A stretch of 64,000 nucleotides of DNA from Leucoraja ocellata. Taxonomy: Eukaryota. Position numbers and translations under genes: made by a program. The notes under the pieces are model-generated. The model made no database searches. It was not told the origin of the DNA and was given only the letters and a program-made list of their open reading frames with translations. Positions 26,801 to 38,800 of this stretch are shown here, one piece after another (the first letter of the stretch is position 1; every line of letters starts with the position of its first letter). The stretch is from NCBI GenBank assembly GCA_036785375.1, contig JAWMAR010000081.1, positions 8,184,001 through 8,248,000 on the forward strand. The letters are read 5' to 3'.

Positions 26801-29800
26801 TTCAGAAGTTTGGGATATGATCTCTCCTGCGGTAGTTTGGGACGATGTCTGTCCTGTTGCAGGTTGAGATGTGGTCTCTCCTTCAGCAGCTATATATGTG
26901 GTGTCTCCTTCAGGTGTTTGGGACATTGTCCCTCCTGTAGTAGTTTCGGATGTCATCTCTCCACCAATTGTTTGAGATGTTGTCTCTCCACCAATTGATA
27001 GGGCTGTGCTATCTCCTTCATTTGCTCTGGACCTAGTCTCTCCTGCAGTAAATTGAGCCGTTGTCTCTCCTGCTGTTCTCTGGTACATGGTTTCTCCTGC
27101 AGTAGTTTGGAATGTAGTCTCTCTTGATGTACTTTGGAACTGAGTCTCCACTGTTCTACTTTGTGACATCATCTCTAGTGCAATAGTTTGTGTCGTGGTC
27201 TCACCTGTGGCAGTTTGGGACATTGTCTCTCCTGTAGTAGTTTCAGATGTGATTTCTGTTGCAGTATTTTGGGATGCGGTCTCGACTGCTGTAGATTGGG
27301 ACATCGTCTCACCTGTTGTAGTTTGGAATGTGGTCTCTTCAGTAGAAGATTGGAACATGGTCTGTTCTGCAGTACGTTGTGATGTTGTCACTACTGAACT
27401 AGTTTGGGACATTGTCTCTGCTGTAGTAATTTCAGATGTCAGTTCTCCTGCAGTAGCTTGGGCCGTAGTCACTGGTGCAATTGTTTGGGTTGTGGTCTCT
27501 GCTGTAGTAGATTGAGACATCATCTCCCCTGTTGTACTCTGGGACATAGTCTCTCCTGCAGTATTTTGGGATATCATAAGTCCTGTAGTAGTTTGAGACA
27601 AGCTCTCTTCTGTGATAGTTTGGGATGTCGTTGTGCCTTCTGTAGTTTTGGATATGATCTCTCCTGCGGTAGTTTGGGACAATGTCTGTCCTGTTGTAAG
27701 TTGAGATGTAGTCTCCCCGTCAGTAGTTATAGATGTGGTTTCTCCTGCAGGAGTTTGAGATATTGTCTCTCTTGTAGTAGTTCCGGATGTCATCTCTCCA
27801 GCACTAGTTTGGGATGTTGTCTCTCCTCCAGTAGAATGGGTTGTGCTCCCTCCTGCATTACTTCTGGATGTAGTCTCTCCTGTAGTTGTTTGAGACGTTG
27901 TCTTTCCCGCTGTTCTCTGGGACATGGTCTCTCCTGCAGTAGTTTGCACTGTAGTCTCTCTTGATGTACTTTGGGACTGAGTTTCCACTGTTGTACTTTG
28001 GGACGTCATCTCTACTGCAATAGGTTGAGAGGTTGTCTCACCTTTGGCAGTTTGGGACATTGCCTCTCCTGTAGTAGATTGGAATTTGCTCTCTTCTGCA
28101 GTAGATTGGGACATGGTCTGTTCAGCGGGAGTTTGGGACGTTGTCACTCCTGAACTGGTTTGGGTCATCATCTCTGTTGTAGTAATTTCAGATGTCATCC
28201 CTCCTGTTGTACTCGGGGATATGATCTCTCCTGCAGTAGTTTGGGATGTATTCTCTCCTCTGGTAGTTTTGGATGTGGATTCCTCTTCAGTTCTTTGTGA
28301 AATTATTTTTTCAGTTACAGATTGGGACATGGTCTCACCATCAGTAATTACAGATGTTGTTATTCCTGCAGTAGCTTGGGCTGTTGTCTCTCCTGCAGTA
28401 ATTTGGGATGATGAATATCCTGTTGTACTGTGGTATGTGGTCACTCCATCAGTAGTTAGCGATGTGGTTTCTCCTGCAGTAGGTTGGGACATTTCCTCTC
28501 CTGCAGTAGTTTGGGACATTTTCTTTCCTGCAGTAGTTTGGGACATTGTCCCTCCTGTAGTAGTTTCGGATGTCATCTCTCCAGCAGCAGTTTGGGGTGT
28601 TATGTCTCCTCTAGTAGCTTGGGCCGTAGTCTCTCCTGCAATAGTTCTGGACATGTTCTCCCCTGTAGTAGATTGAGTCATTGTCTTCCCCACTGTACTC
28701 TGGGTCATGGTCTCTCCTGCAGTTGTTTGGGGCATGGTCACTCCTGCAGTAGTTTGGAATGTTGTCTCTTCTGTAGTAGATTGGAACATGGTCTGTTCTA
28801 CAGTTGTTTGGGATGTCACTCCTGAACTAGTTTGGAACATTGTCTTTGCTGTAGTAATTTCAGATGTCAGCTCTCCTGCAGTAGTTTGGGCCGTAGTCAC
28901 TGGTGCAATTGTTTGAGTCGCTGCCTCTCCTGTAATAGATTTAGACATCATTTCTCCTGTTGTATTCTGGAACATGATCTCTCCTGCAGTAGTTTGGGAC
29001 GCGGTCTCTCCTATGGTAATTTTGGATGTGGTTTCTTCTTCAATACTTTGGGAAATGATTTTTCCTGTTGTAGATTGGGACATGGTCTCCATTTCAATAG
29101 TTAGTGATGTGGTCTTTTCTGCAGTAGTTTGGGACATGATCTCTCCTGTGGTAGTTTTTAACATTATCTCTCCTACAGGTGTTTGGGTTGTGGTCTCTCC
29201 AGCAGTAGTTTCAGTGGTTGTCTCTCCTGCAGTAGTTTGGGATACCATTAGTCTTGTTGTGGTTTGAGACAAGCTCTCTTCTGTGATAGTTTGGGATGTT
29301 ATTGCTCCTTCAGTAGTTTGGGATATGACCTCTCCTGCAGCAGTTTGGGATGATGTCTGTCCTGTTGTATATTGGGATGTGGTCTTTCCTTCAGTAGGTA
29401 TGGATGTGATTTCTCCTGCAGGAGGTTGGGACATTATCTCTCCTGTAGTAGTTTCAGATGTCATCTCTCCAGCAGTCATTTGGGATGTTGCCTCTCCTCC
29501 AGTAGATTGGGCCGTGCTCTCTCCTGCAACATTTGTGGATGTGGTCTCTCCTGTAATAGATTGAGACACTGTCTCTCCCACTGTTCTCTGGGACATAGTC
29601 TCTCCTGCAGTAGTTTTGACTTTAGTCTCTCTTGTTGTACTTTGGGACAGAGTCTCCCCTGTTGTACTTTGAGACATCGTCTCCCCTGCAGTAGTTTGAA
29701 ACAAGGTATCTACTACAGTAGTTTGGGCCGTGATTTCATCCGTTGCAGTTTGGGACATTGTCTCTCCTATAGTAGTTTCAGATGTGATCCCTGCTGCAGT

Positions 29801-32800
29801 AGATTGGGATGTGGTCTCTTCTGTTATCGATTGGGACATGGACTCTCTTGTTGCAATTTGGGACATGGTCTGCTCTGCAGTAGTTCGGGTCACTCCTGCT
29901 ATTGTTTGGGACATTATCTTTCCTGTATTAGTTTTGGATGTGATATCTCCTGAAGTAGTTTGGAATGATGTCTGTCCTGTTGTAAGTTTGGATGTGGTCT
30001 CTCCATCAGTAGTTAGGGATATGGATTCTCCGACAGCAGTTTGGGATATGGTTTCTTCTGTAGTAGTTTCAGATGTCATCTCTCCTGCAGTAGTTTGGGA
30101 TGTTGTCTCTGCTCCAGTAGATTGGGCCATAGTCTCTCCAGCAATAGTTCTGGATGTGTTCTCTCCTGTAGTAGATTGAGACATCATCTCTCCCATTGTT
30201 CTCTGGGGCATGGTCTTTACTGCAGTAATTTGGACTGTGGTCTCACCTCTTGCTGTTTGGGACAATGTCTCTCCTGTAGTAGTTTCAGAAGTGATATCTG
30301 CTGCAGTAGTTTGGGATGTGGTCTCTAATGTAGTAGATTGGGACATAGACTCTCCTGTATTAGATAGGGACATGGTCTCTCCTGCAGTAGTTTTGGTCTT
30401 GGTAGCCCCTGCAGTATTTTGGGACATCGTCTGTCCTGTTGTAGTTTGAGAATTGGTCTCTTCGGTGATAGTTTGGGATGTTGTCTGTCCTTTAGAGGTT
30501 TGGGACGTGATCTCTCCTGCAGTAGTTTTGGACAATGTCTGTCCTGTTGTACGTTGGAATGTGGTCTCTCCTGCAGTAGTTAGGGATGTTATCTCTCCTG
30601 CAGTAGTTTGGGATGTTATCTCTCCAGCAGGACTTCGGGTCCTGGTCATGCCAGTAGTAGTTTGGGATGTTGTCTCTCCACCAGTAGCTTGGGACATAGT
30701 CTCTTCTGTTATACTGGATGTGGTCTCTCCTGTAATAGATTGAGACATTGTCTCTCTTGTTGTACTCTGCAACATTGTCTCCCCAGTTGTACTTGGGGAC
30801 TTCATCTGTCCTGCAGTAGTCTGGAACGAGGTCTCTACTGCAATAGTTTGGGCTGTGGTCTCACCTGTTGCAGTTTGAGGCATTGTCTCTCCTGTAATAG
30901 TTGCCGATGTGATCTCTCTTACAACAGTTTGGGATGTGGGCTCTACTGTAGTAGATTGAGACATGGACTCTCCTGATATAGTTTTGGACATGAACTGTTC
31001 TGTAGTAGTTTGGGATGTGGTCACTACGGCAGGAGATTGGGACATTATCTCTCCTGTAGTAGTTTCAGATGTGATCTCTCCTGTAGTTGTTTTGGATGTT
31101 ATCTCTACTGCAGTACTTTGGGCCATAGTCTCTCCTGGAATAGTTTGGGATGTGGTCTCCCCAACAGTAGATTGTGACATGATCTCTCCTGTGGTAGTTT
31201 TTAACGTTGTCTCGTCTGAGGTCTCTCCTGCAGTAGTTTGGGCCATGGTTTCTCCTGTAGTAGTTTGGGCCATGGTTGCTCCTATAGTAGCTTTGACCAT
31301 TGTCTGTCCTGCAGTAATTTTGCTCATCGTCTCCCGAATTGTGGTGTTGGACATCACCTCTCCTCCAGTAGTTTGGGAGATGCTCTGTTCTGCAATAGTT
31401 TGGGACGTGGTCTCTCCTATAGTAGTTTTTAATGTCATCTCTCCTTCAGTAGTTTGAGCCATTTTCTCTCCTGCAGTAATTTTGGATGCCATCTCTCCAG
31501 CAATAGTTTGTGATTTTGCCTCTGCTGCAGTACTTTTGGCCACGGTTACACCCTCAATAATTTGCGATGTTGTCCCTCCTCCAGTAGCTTGGGCCATGCT
31601 CTTTCCTGAAATAGTTGTGAACGTGGGCTCTCCTGCAGTAGTTTGATACATGGTCTCCCCTGTTGTATTTTGGAACATCTCCTCTCTTCCAGTAGTTTGG
31701 GACGAGGTCTCAATTGCAGTAGCTTGGGCCGTGCTCTCTCCTGCAATATTTCTGGACGTGATCTCTCCTGTAGTAGACTGAGACATTGTCTCTCCTGTTG
31801 TACTCGACATGGTTTCTCCAGGAGTAGTTTGGGATGTGGTCTCCCCTGTTGTACTTTGGGACATCATCTCTCCTCGTGTAGTTTGGGACCAGGTCTCTAC
31901 TGCGGTAGCTTGGGCTGTGATCTCACCTGTTGCAGTTTGGGACATGGTCTCTCCTGTTGTAGTTTGGGACATGGTCTGTTCTACAGTAGTTTGGGATGTT
32001 GGCTCAACTGCAGTAGCATGGGCCGTGGTTTCTTCTGCAATAGTTTGGGACGTGGTCTCATCGGTACTAGATTGAGACATTGTCTCTTCGGTGGTAGTGT
32101 ACTTTGCTGTACTTTGGGACATCATCTCTCCTCCAGTAGTTTGGGACATAGTCTGTTCTGCTGTAGTTTGGGACGTGATCTCTCTTATGGTAGTTTTTAA
32201 CGTGGTCTCGCCTGCAGTAGTTTGGGCTGTGTTCTCGACTGTTGGTGTTTGGGACAAGGTCCCTCCTAATGTAATTTGAGTTGTGGTCTCTCCTGCAGTA
32301 GTTTGGGATGTGGTCTCTCCTGCAGTAGATTGGGACATCGTCTCTCCTGCAGTCGTTTGGGCCATTGTCCCTCCTGTTGTACTTTGGGATGTGGTTTCTG
32401 CTACTTTAGATTGTGACATCGTCTCTCCTGTTGTGGTCTGGGACATGGGCTCTCCTATTGTAGTTTTTAACGTGGTCTCTCCTGCAGTAATTTGGGACGT
32501 TGTCTCTCCTGCAGTAGTTTCAGCTGTTGTCTCTCCTGCAGTGATTTGGGACATCATCCGTCCTGTTACAGTTTGAGACATGGTCTCTTCTGTAATAATT
32601 TGGAATGTTGTTTTTCCTTCAATAGTTTGTGACACTATCTCTCCTGCATTAGTTTGCGACGATGACTGTCCTGTTGTAAGCTGGGATGTGGTCTCCCCTT
32701 CTGAGATGTGGGCCGTGGTCTCTCCTGTTGTACTTTGGGACATTGACTTTCCTGCTGTAGTCTGGGATGTCATCTCTCCTGCAGTAGTTTGGGATGTGGT

Positions 32801-35800
32801 CTCTACTGTAGTAGATTGGGACATAGTCTGTTCCGCAAAAGTTTGAGATGAGGTCAATTCTGTAGTAGTTTGGGACATCGTCTCGCCTGTATTAGTTTTG
32901 GATGTGATCTCTCCTGTAGTAGTTTGGAATGATGTCCGTCCTGTTGTACGTTGGGATCTGGTCTCTCCTACAGTAGTTTGGGCCATTGTTTCTCCTGCAG
33001 TAGTTTCAGCTTGTGTCTCTCCAGCAGTGATTTGGGACATTGTCTGTCCTGTTACAGTTTGAGACATGGTCTCTTCTGTGATAGCTTGGGGCATTGTCTC
33101 TCCTTCTGTAGTTTGTGACATTAGCCCCCCTGCTGTAGGTTGGAAGGGTGACTGTCCTGTTGTAAGTTGGGATGTGGTCCCCCCTTCAGAGGTTTGGGCT
33201 GTAGTCTCTCCTGTTGTACTTTGGGACATAGACTCTCCTGCTGTAGTTTGGGGCGTCATCTCTCCTGCAGTACTTTGGGATGTGGCCTCCACTGTTTTAG
33301 ATTGGGACATGGTCTCTCCATTTGTAGTTTGAGACGTGGTCTGTTCTGCTGAAGTTTGGAATGTGGTCACTCCTGCAGTAGTCTGGGACACCGTCTCTCC
33401 TGTTCTACTATGGGACATGGTTTCTCCTGTAGTAATTTGGGATGTGTTCATTCCTATGGAAGTGGTGGATGTGGATTCTCCGTCAGTACTTTGCAATATG
33501 ATTATTCCTATTGTAGATTGGGACATGATCTCTCCTTCAGTAGTTACGGATGTTGTTTCTCCTGCAGTAGTTTGGGACATGGATTCTCCTGTGTTAGTTT
33601 TTGACACTGTCTCTCCTGCAGTATTTTGGACCATGATCTCTCCTGTTGTACTTTGGGCTGTGGCCTCCCCTGTTCGAGTTTGGGACATTGTCTCTCCTGT
33701 AGTGGTTTTGGATGTGATCTCTCCTGCTGTTATTTGAAGTGTTGTCTCTCCTGCAGTTCTTTGCGCCGTAGTCTCTCCTGCAATAGTTTGGGTCGTTGTC
33801 TTTCCTGTTGTACTTTGGGACGTGGTCTCTACTGTAGTTGTTTGGGATGTGGTCTTTTCTGTGGATGTGGGCTGCGACATTGTCTCTCCTGTTGTAGTTT
33901 GGGACATGATCTCTCCTGTAATTTGGGATAATGACTGTCCTGTTGTATGATGGGATGTGATCACTCCAGCAGTAGTTTGGGATGTTGGCTCTATTGCAGT
34001 AGTTTGGGTCGTGGTCACTCCTGCAGTAGTTTGGGATGCTGTCTCTCCTGTGGTAGTTTTGGATAATCCTGTGGATTCTTCAGTACTTTCGGATATGATT
34101 TTCTCTATTGTTGATTGGGACATGGTCTCTCCTTCAGTAGATAGGGATCTGGTTTCTCCTATTGTAGTTTGGGACATGATTTCTTCTGCATTAGATTTTG
34201 ACATAGTCTCTCCTGTAGTCGTTTGGGACACGGTCTCTCCTGCAATAGTTTGGGACATGGTCTCTCCCATTGCACTTTGAGATATTGTATCTTCTTCTGT
34301 AGTTTGGGACATCATAACCCCTGCAGTAAGTTGGGGTGTTGTTTCTCCTGTAGTAGATTGGGACATGGTCACACCTGTTGATGTTTGGGACATGGTCTGT
34401 TCTACAGTAGTTTGGGATGTGGTCTCTTCTGATGTGGTTTGAGACATGATCTCTCCTGTAGTAGATTGAGACATTGTCTCTTCTGTTGTACTCTGGGACG
34501 TTGTCTCTCGCACTGTAATTTGGGACATTATCTCACCTGCAGTAGACTGAGACATGGTTTCGCTTGTAGTTTGAGGCATCATCATGCCTGCAGTAGTTTG
34601 TGTAATGATCTCTCCTGTGGTAGTTTTGGATGTGGATTCTCCTTCAGTACTTTGGGATATGATTTTTCCTGATGTGGATTGGGACATGGGCTGTCCTTCA
34701 GTAGTTAGGGATGTGGTTTTTCCTGGAGTAGTTTGGGACATGGTTTCTCCAACAATAGTTTGTGAGGTGATCTTTCCTGTGGTAGTTTTTGACATTGTCT
34801 TTCCTGCAGGAGTTTGGGCTGTGGTCCCTCCTGTTGTAGTTTGGGACTTGATCTCTTCTGCAATAGTTTGGGATATGTTCAATTCTGATGTAGCCTTGGA
34901 CATGATCGCTCCTACAGTTGTTTGGGTTGTCGTCTCCCTTGTTGTACTTCGAGATGTAGTCTCTCCAGCTGTAGCTTGGGACATTGTCATCTCTGCAGTA
35001 GTTTGGGGTGTGGTCTCTCCTGTTGTAATTTGGGATGTTGTCTCTCTTGATGTAGCTTGGGACATCATCTCTCCTGCAATAGTTTGGGATGTTGCATTTC
35101 CTGCGGTACTTTGTGTCGTGGTGACCCCTGCCGTAGTTTGCGATGCAGTCTCTCCTGCGGTAGTTTGGGCCATAGTCTCCCCAACAATTGTTTGAGATGT
35201 GGTCTCTCCTGTAGGAGTTTGTGATATTGTCTCTCTTGTACTTTGGGGTGTGGTCTCTACTGCAGTCGCTGGGGACATGGTCTGTCCTGCAGTAGACTGT
35301 GACATTATCTCTCCTGTTGTAGATTGGGACATGATCTCTCCTGCAGTAATTTGGGATGATGTCTGTCCTGTTGTATGTTGGGACGAGATCTCTCCTGAGG
35401 TCGTTTTTGATGTCCTCTCTGCTGCAGTAGTTTGGTCCATGGTCTCACCTGCAGAAGATTGGGATGTGGTTTCTCCTGCAGTAGTTTGGGACGTGATTTC
35501 ACCTTCAGTAGTTTGAGACATTTTTCCTGATGTAGATAGGGACATGGTCTCTCCTTCAGTAGTTGGGGTCGTGGTCTCACCTGTTGGAGTTTGTGATGTT
35601 GTCTCTCCTGTAGCGGTTTCAGATGTGATCCTTGCTGTAATAGTTTGCGATATAATCCCTATTGTTGTACTTTGTGACATGCTCTCTCCTGCTGTAGTTT
35701 GGTGCATCAACTCTCCTGCAGTAGACTGGGACATTGTCTCTCCTGTTGTAGGTGGGGACATGATCTTTCCTTCACTAGTTTGGGCCGTGGTCTCTCCCAC

Positions 35801-38800
35801 AGTAGATTGGAATGCAGTCCCTCTTGTGGTAGATTGGGACATTGTTTCTCCTGTTGTAATTTGGGACATGATCTCACCTGTTGTAGTTTGGGAAATGGTC
35901 ACTTCGGCAGAAGTTTCAGATGTGGTTTCCTCTGCAATAGTTTGGGCCGTGGACTCTCCTGTTGTACTTTGGGACGTTGTCTCTCCTTCAGTAGTTTGGG
36001 CCTTGAACTCTCTTACAGTAGTTTGGGACATGATCTCTCCTGTAGTAATTTGGGACAATGTCTGTCCTATTGGAGTTTTGGATGTAGTCTCTCTGGCAGG
36101 AGAATGGGACATGGTCTCTCCTGTAGTAGTTTGTGTCATGATCTCTCCTGTGGGAGGTTTTGATGTTGCCTTGTTTGTTGTAGTTTCGGACATGATCTCT
36201 CCTTTGGTAGTTTGGGCCGTGGTGTCACCTGCAGTGGATTTGGACATGAGCTCTGCTGCAGTAGTTTTGGATATGGTCCTTCCTGTGATAGTCTCAGTTT
36301 CAGACATGATCACTCCTGTGGTAATTTGCGATGTTGTCTGTTCTATTGTACTTTGGGGTCTGGTCTCTCTTGCAGTAGTTAGGGAAGTGGTCTCATCTGT
36401 TCTAGTTTGGGACGTGATCTCTTCAGCAGTATTTTGGGCGATGATCTCTTCTATGGTAGTTTGGAACGATGTCTGTCCTGTTGTACGTTGGGGCCTGGTC
36501 TCTCCTGCAGTCGTTTGGGAAGTGGTCTCCTCTGTTGTAGTTTGGGACGTAATCTTCCCTGTGGTAGTTTGGGACATTAATACCCCGTCAGTACTTTGGG
36601 ATATAATCTTTCCAGTTATAGATTGGGATATGGTCTCTCCTTCAATAGTTTGGGTCATGCCTTCTTCTGTAGTAGTTTGTGACCTGATCTTTCCTATAGT
36701 AGATTGAAGCATCATCTCTCCAGCAATAGTTTGGGATGTGGTTTCTTCTGTTGCAGTTTGGGACATGACTTCATCTGTGGTAGATTGGGATGTTGTCTCT
36801 CCTTCAGTTGCGTGGGTGATGGCCTCTCCTGCAGTAGATTGGGACGTAGTTTCACCTTCACTAGTTAGAGACATGACTTGTCCTGTTGTAGATTGGGACA
36901 TGATCTCTCCTTCAGTAGTTAGGGATATGGTTTCTCCTGAAGTAGTTTGGGATGTTGTCTCTCCTGCCCTAACTTGGGATATAGTCTCTCCCACAGTTGA
37001 TTGGGACATGTCTTGTTCTGCAGTAGTTTGGGATGTGATCACTCCTGCATTTGTTTGGGCTGTGGTCTCACCTGTTGTACTTTGGAATATCGTCTCTCCT
37101 GTTGTAGTTTGGGACATGGTATCTCCTGTGGTAGTTTTGAACGTGAAATCTCCTTGAGTACTTAAGGATATAATTTTTCGAGTTGTAGGTTGGGATATAT
37201 ATTGGGACATCGCCTCTCCTGCAGTAGTTTGAGATGTTGTCTCTACTGCAGTAGCTTGGGCCGTAGTCTCTCCTGCAATAGTTTGAGACATGGTTTCTAT
37301 TGTAGTAGATTGAGACATTGTATCTCCAGTTGTACTCTGGGACATCATCTCTCCTGCAGTTGTTTGGGCTGTAGTCTCTCCTGTTGTAGTTTGGGATGTG
37401 GTCCCTCCTGTAATAGTTTGAGACATGGTCTCTCCTGCTGTAGTTTGGAACATCTGTCTTGTTGTACTTTGGGATGTGGTCTCTCCTGCAATAATTTGGG
37501 ATATGGTTTGTTCGTATGCAGTTTGGGACATGATCTCTCCTGTGGTAGTTTTGAACTTTGTCTCTCCTGCAGTAGTCTGGGCTATTGTCTCTCCTGCTGT
37601 AGTTTCATACATGGACTCTCCTGCAGCAGTTTGGGACGTGGTTTCACCTTCAATAGTTTGAGACATGATTTTTCCTGTTGTAGATTGAGACATTGTCACT
37701 CCTCTAGTATTTTCGGATGTGGTCTCTCCTGCAGTACTTTGGGCTGTGGTCTCCCCTGCAATAGTTTGGGATATACTCTCTCCTACTGTCGTTTGAGACT
37801 TCATCTCCCCTGCAGTAAACTGGGTCGTTGTCTCTCCTGTTGTAGTCGGAGACACAATCGTTCCTGCAGACGTTTGGGCCATTGTCTCTCCTGCAGTAGC
37901 TTGGGATGTGTTCCCTCCTGTTGTAGACTGGGATATCATCTCTCCTTTTGTAGTTTGGGATGTATTCCCTCTGGTTGTAGTTTGCAACATGGTCTCTCCT
38001 GCAGAAGTTTCAAATGTGGTCGCTTCTTCAATAGTTTGGGACATAGTCTCTCCTGAAGCAGTTTGGGCCATGTTTTGTCCTGCAGTAGATTGTGATATGG
38101 TGTCTCCTGTTGTAATTTCAGACATGATCTCTCCAACGATAGCTTGGACCGTAGTCTCTCCTGCTGTGGATTGGGACATGAACGATCCTTCAGTAGTTAG
38201 GGATATGGTCTCTCCTGCAGTAGTTTTTGCCTTGGTTTCTACAGTAGATTCGGACATCGTCTGCCCTGTTGCAGTTTGGGACATGATCTCTTCTGTGGTA
38301 GGTTGTATTGTTGTCTCTCCTATTCTACTTTGGGACAGAGTCTCTCCTGCAGTAGTTTGAGTTGTGGATTCTCCGTCAGTACTTTGAGATTTGATTTTTC
38401 CTGTTGTTGATTGAGACATAGTCTCTCCTTCAATATTTAAGGATGTAGTCTCCCCCACAGTAGATGGGAAATTGATCTCTCCTATGGTAGTTTTTGATGT
38501 TATCTCTTCTGCAGTAGTTTGGGCCATGGTCTCTCCTGTTGTACTTTGGGACATACTCTCTCCTGTTGTCATTCGGGACATTATCTCCCCTGCAGTAGAC
38601 AGGGACATCTTCTCTCCCATTGTAATTGGGGACATGATCTTTCTTGTAGTTGTTTGGGCCGTGGTATCTCCTGCAGTAGTTTGGGACGTGATCTCTCCTG
38701 TAGTAGATTGGGACAATCTCTCTCCTGTTGTAGTTTGGGACATTGTCTCTTCTGCAGCAGTTTTGGGAATGGTCTTTCCTGAAGTAGTTTGTGTTGTGGT

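Noticed and set aside
515-38782. Cys/Ser/Leu-rich plus ORFs resembling keratin-associated or metallothionein-like proteins
   Set aside because: These are the codon-aligned antisense of the mucin frame (ACA/ACT/GCA become TGT/AGT/TGC). They are short and stop-riddled.
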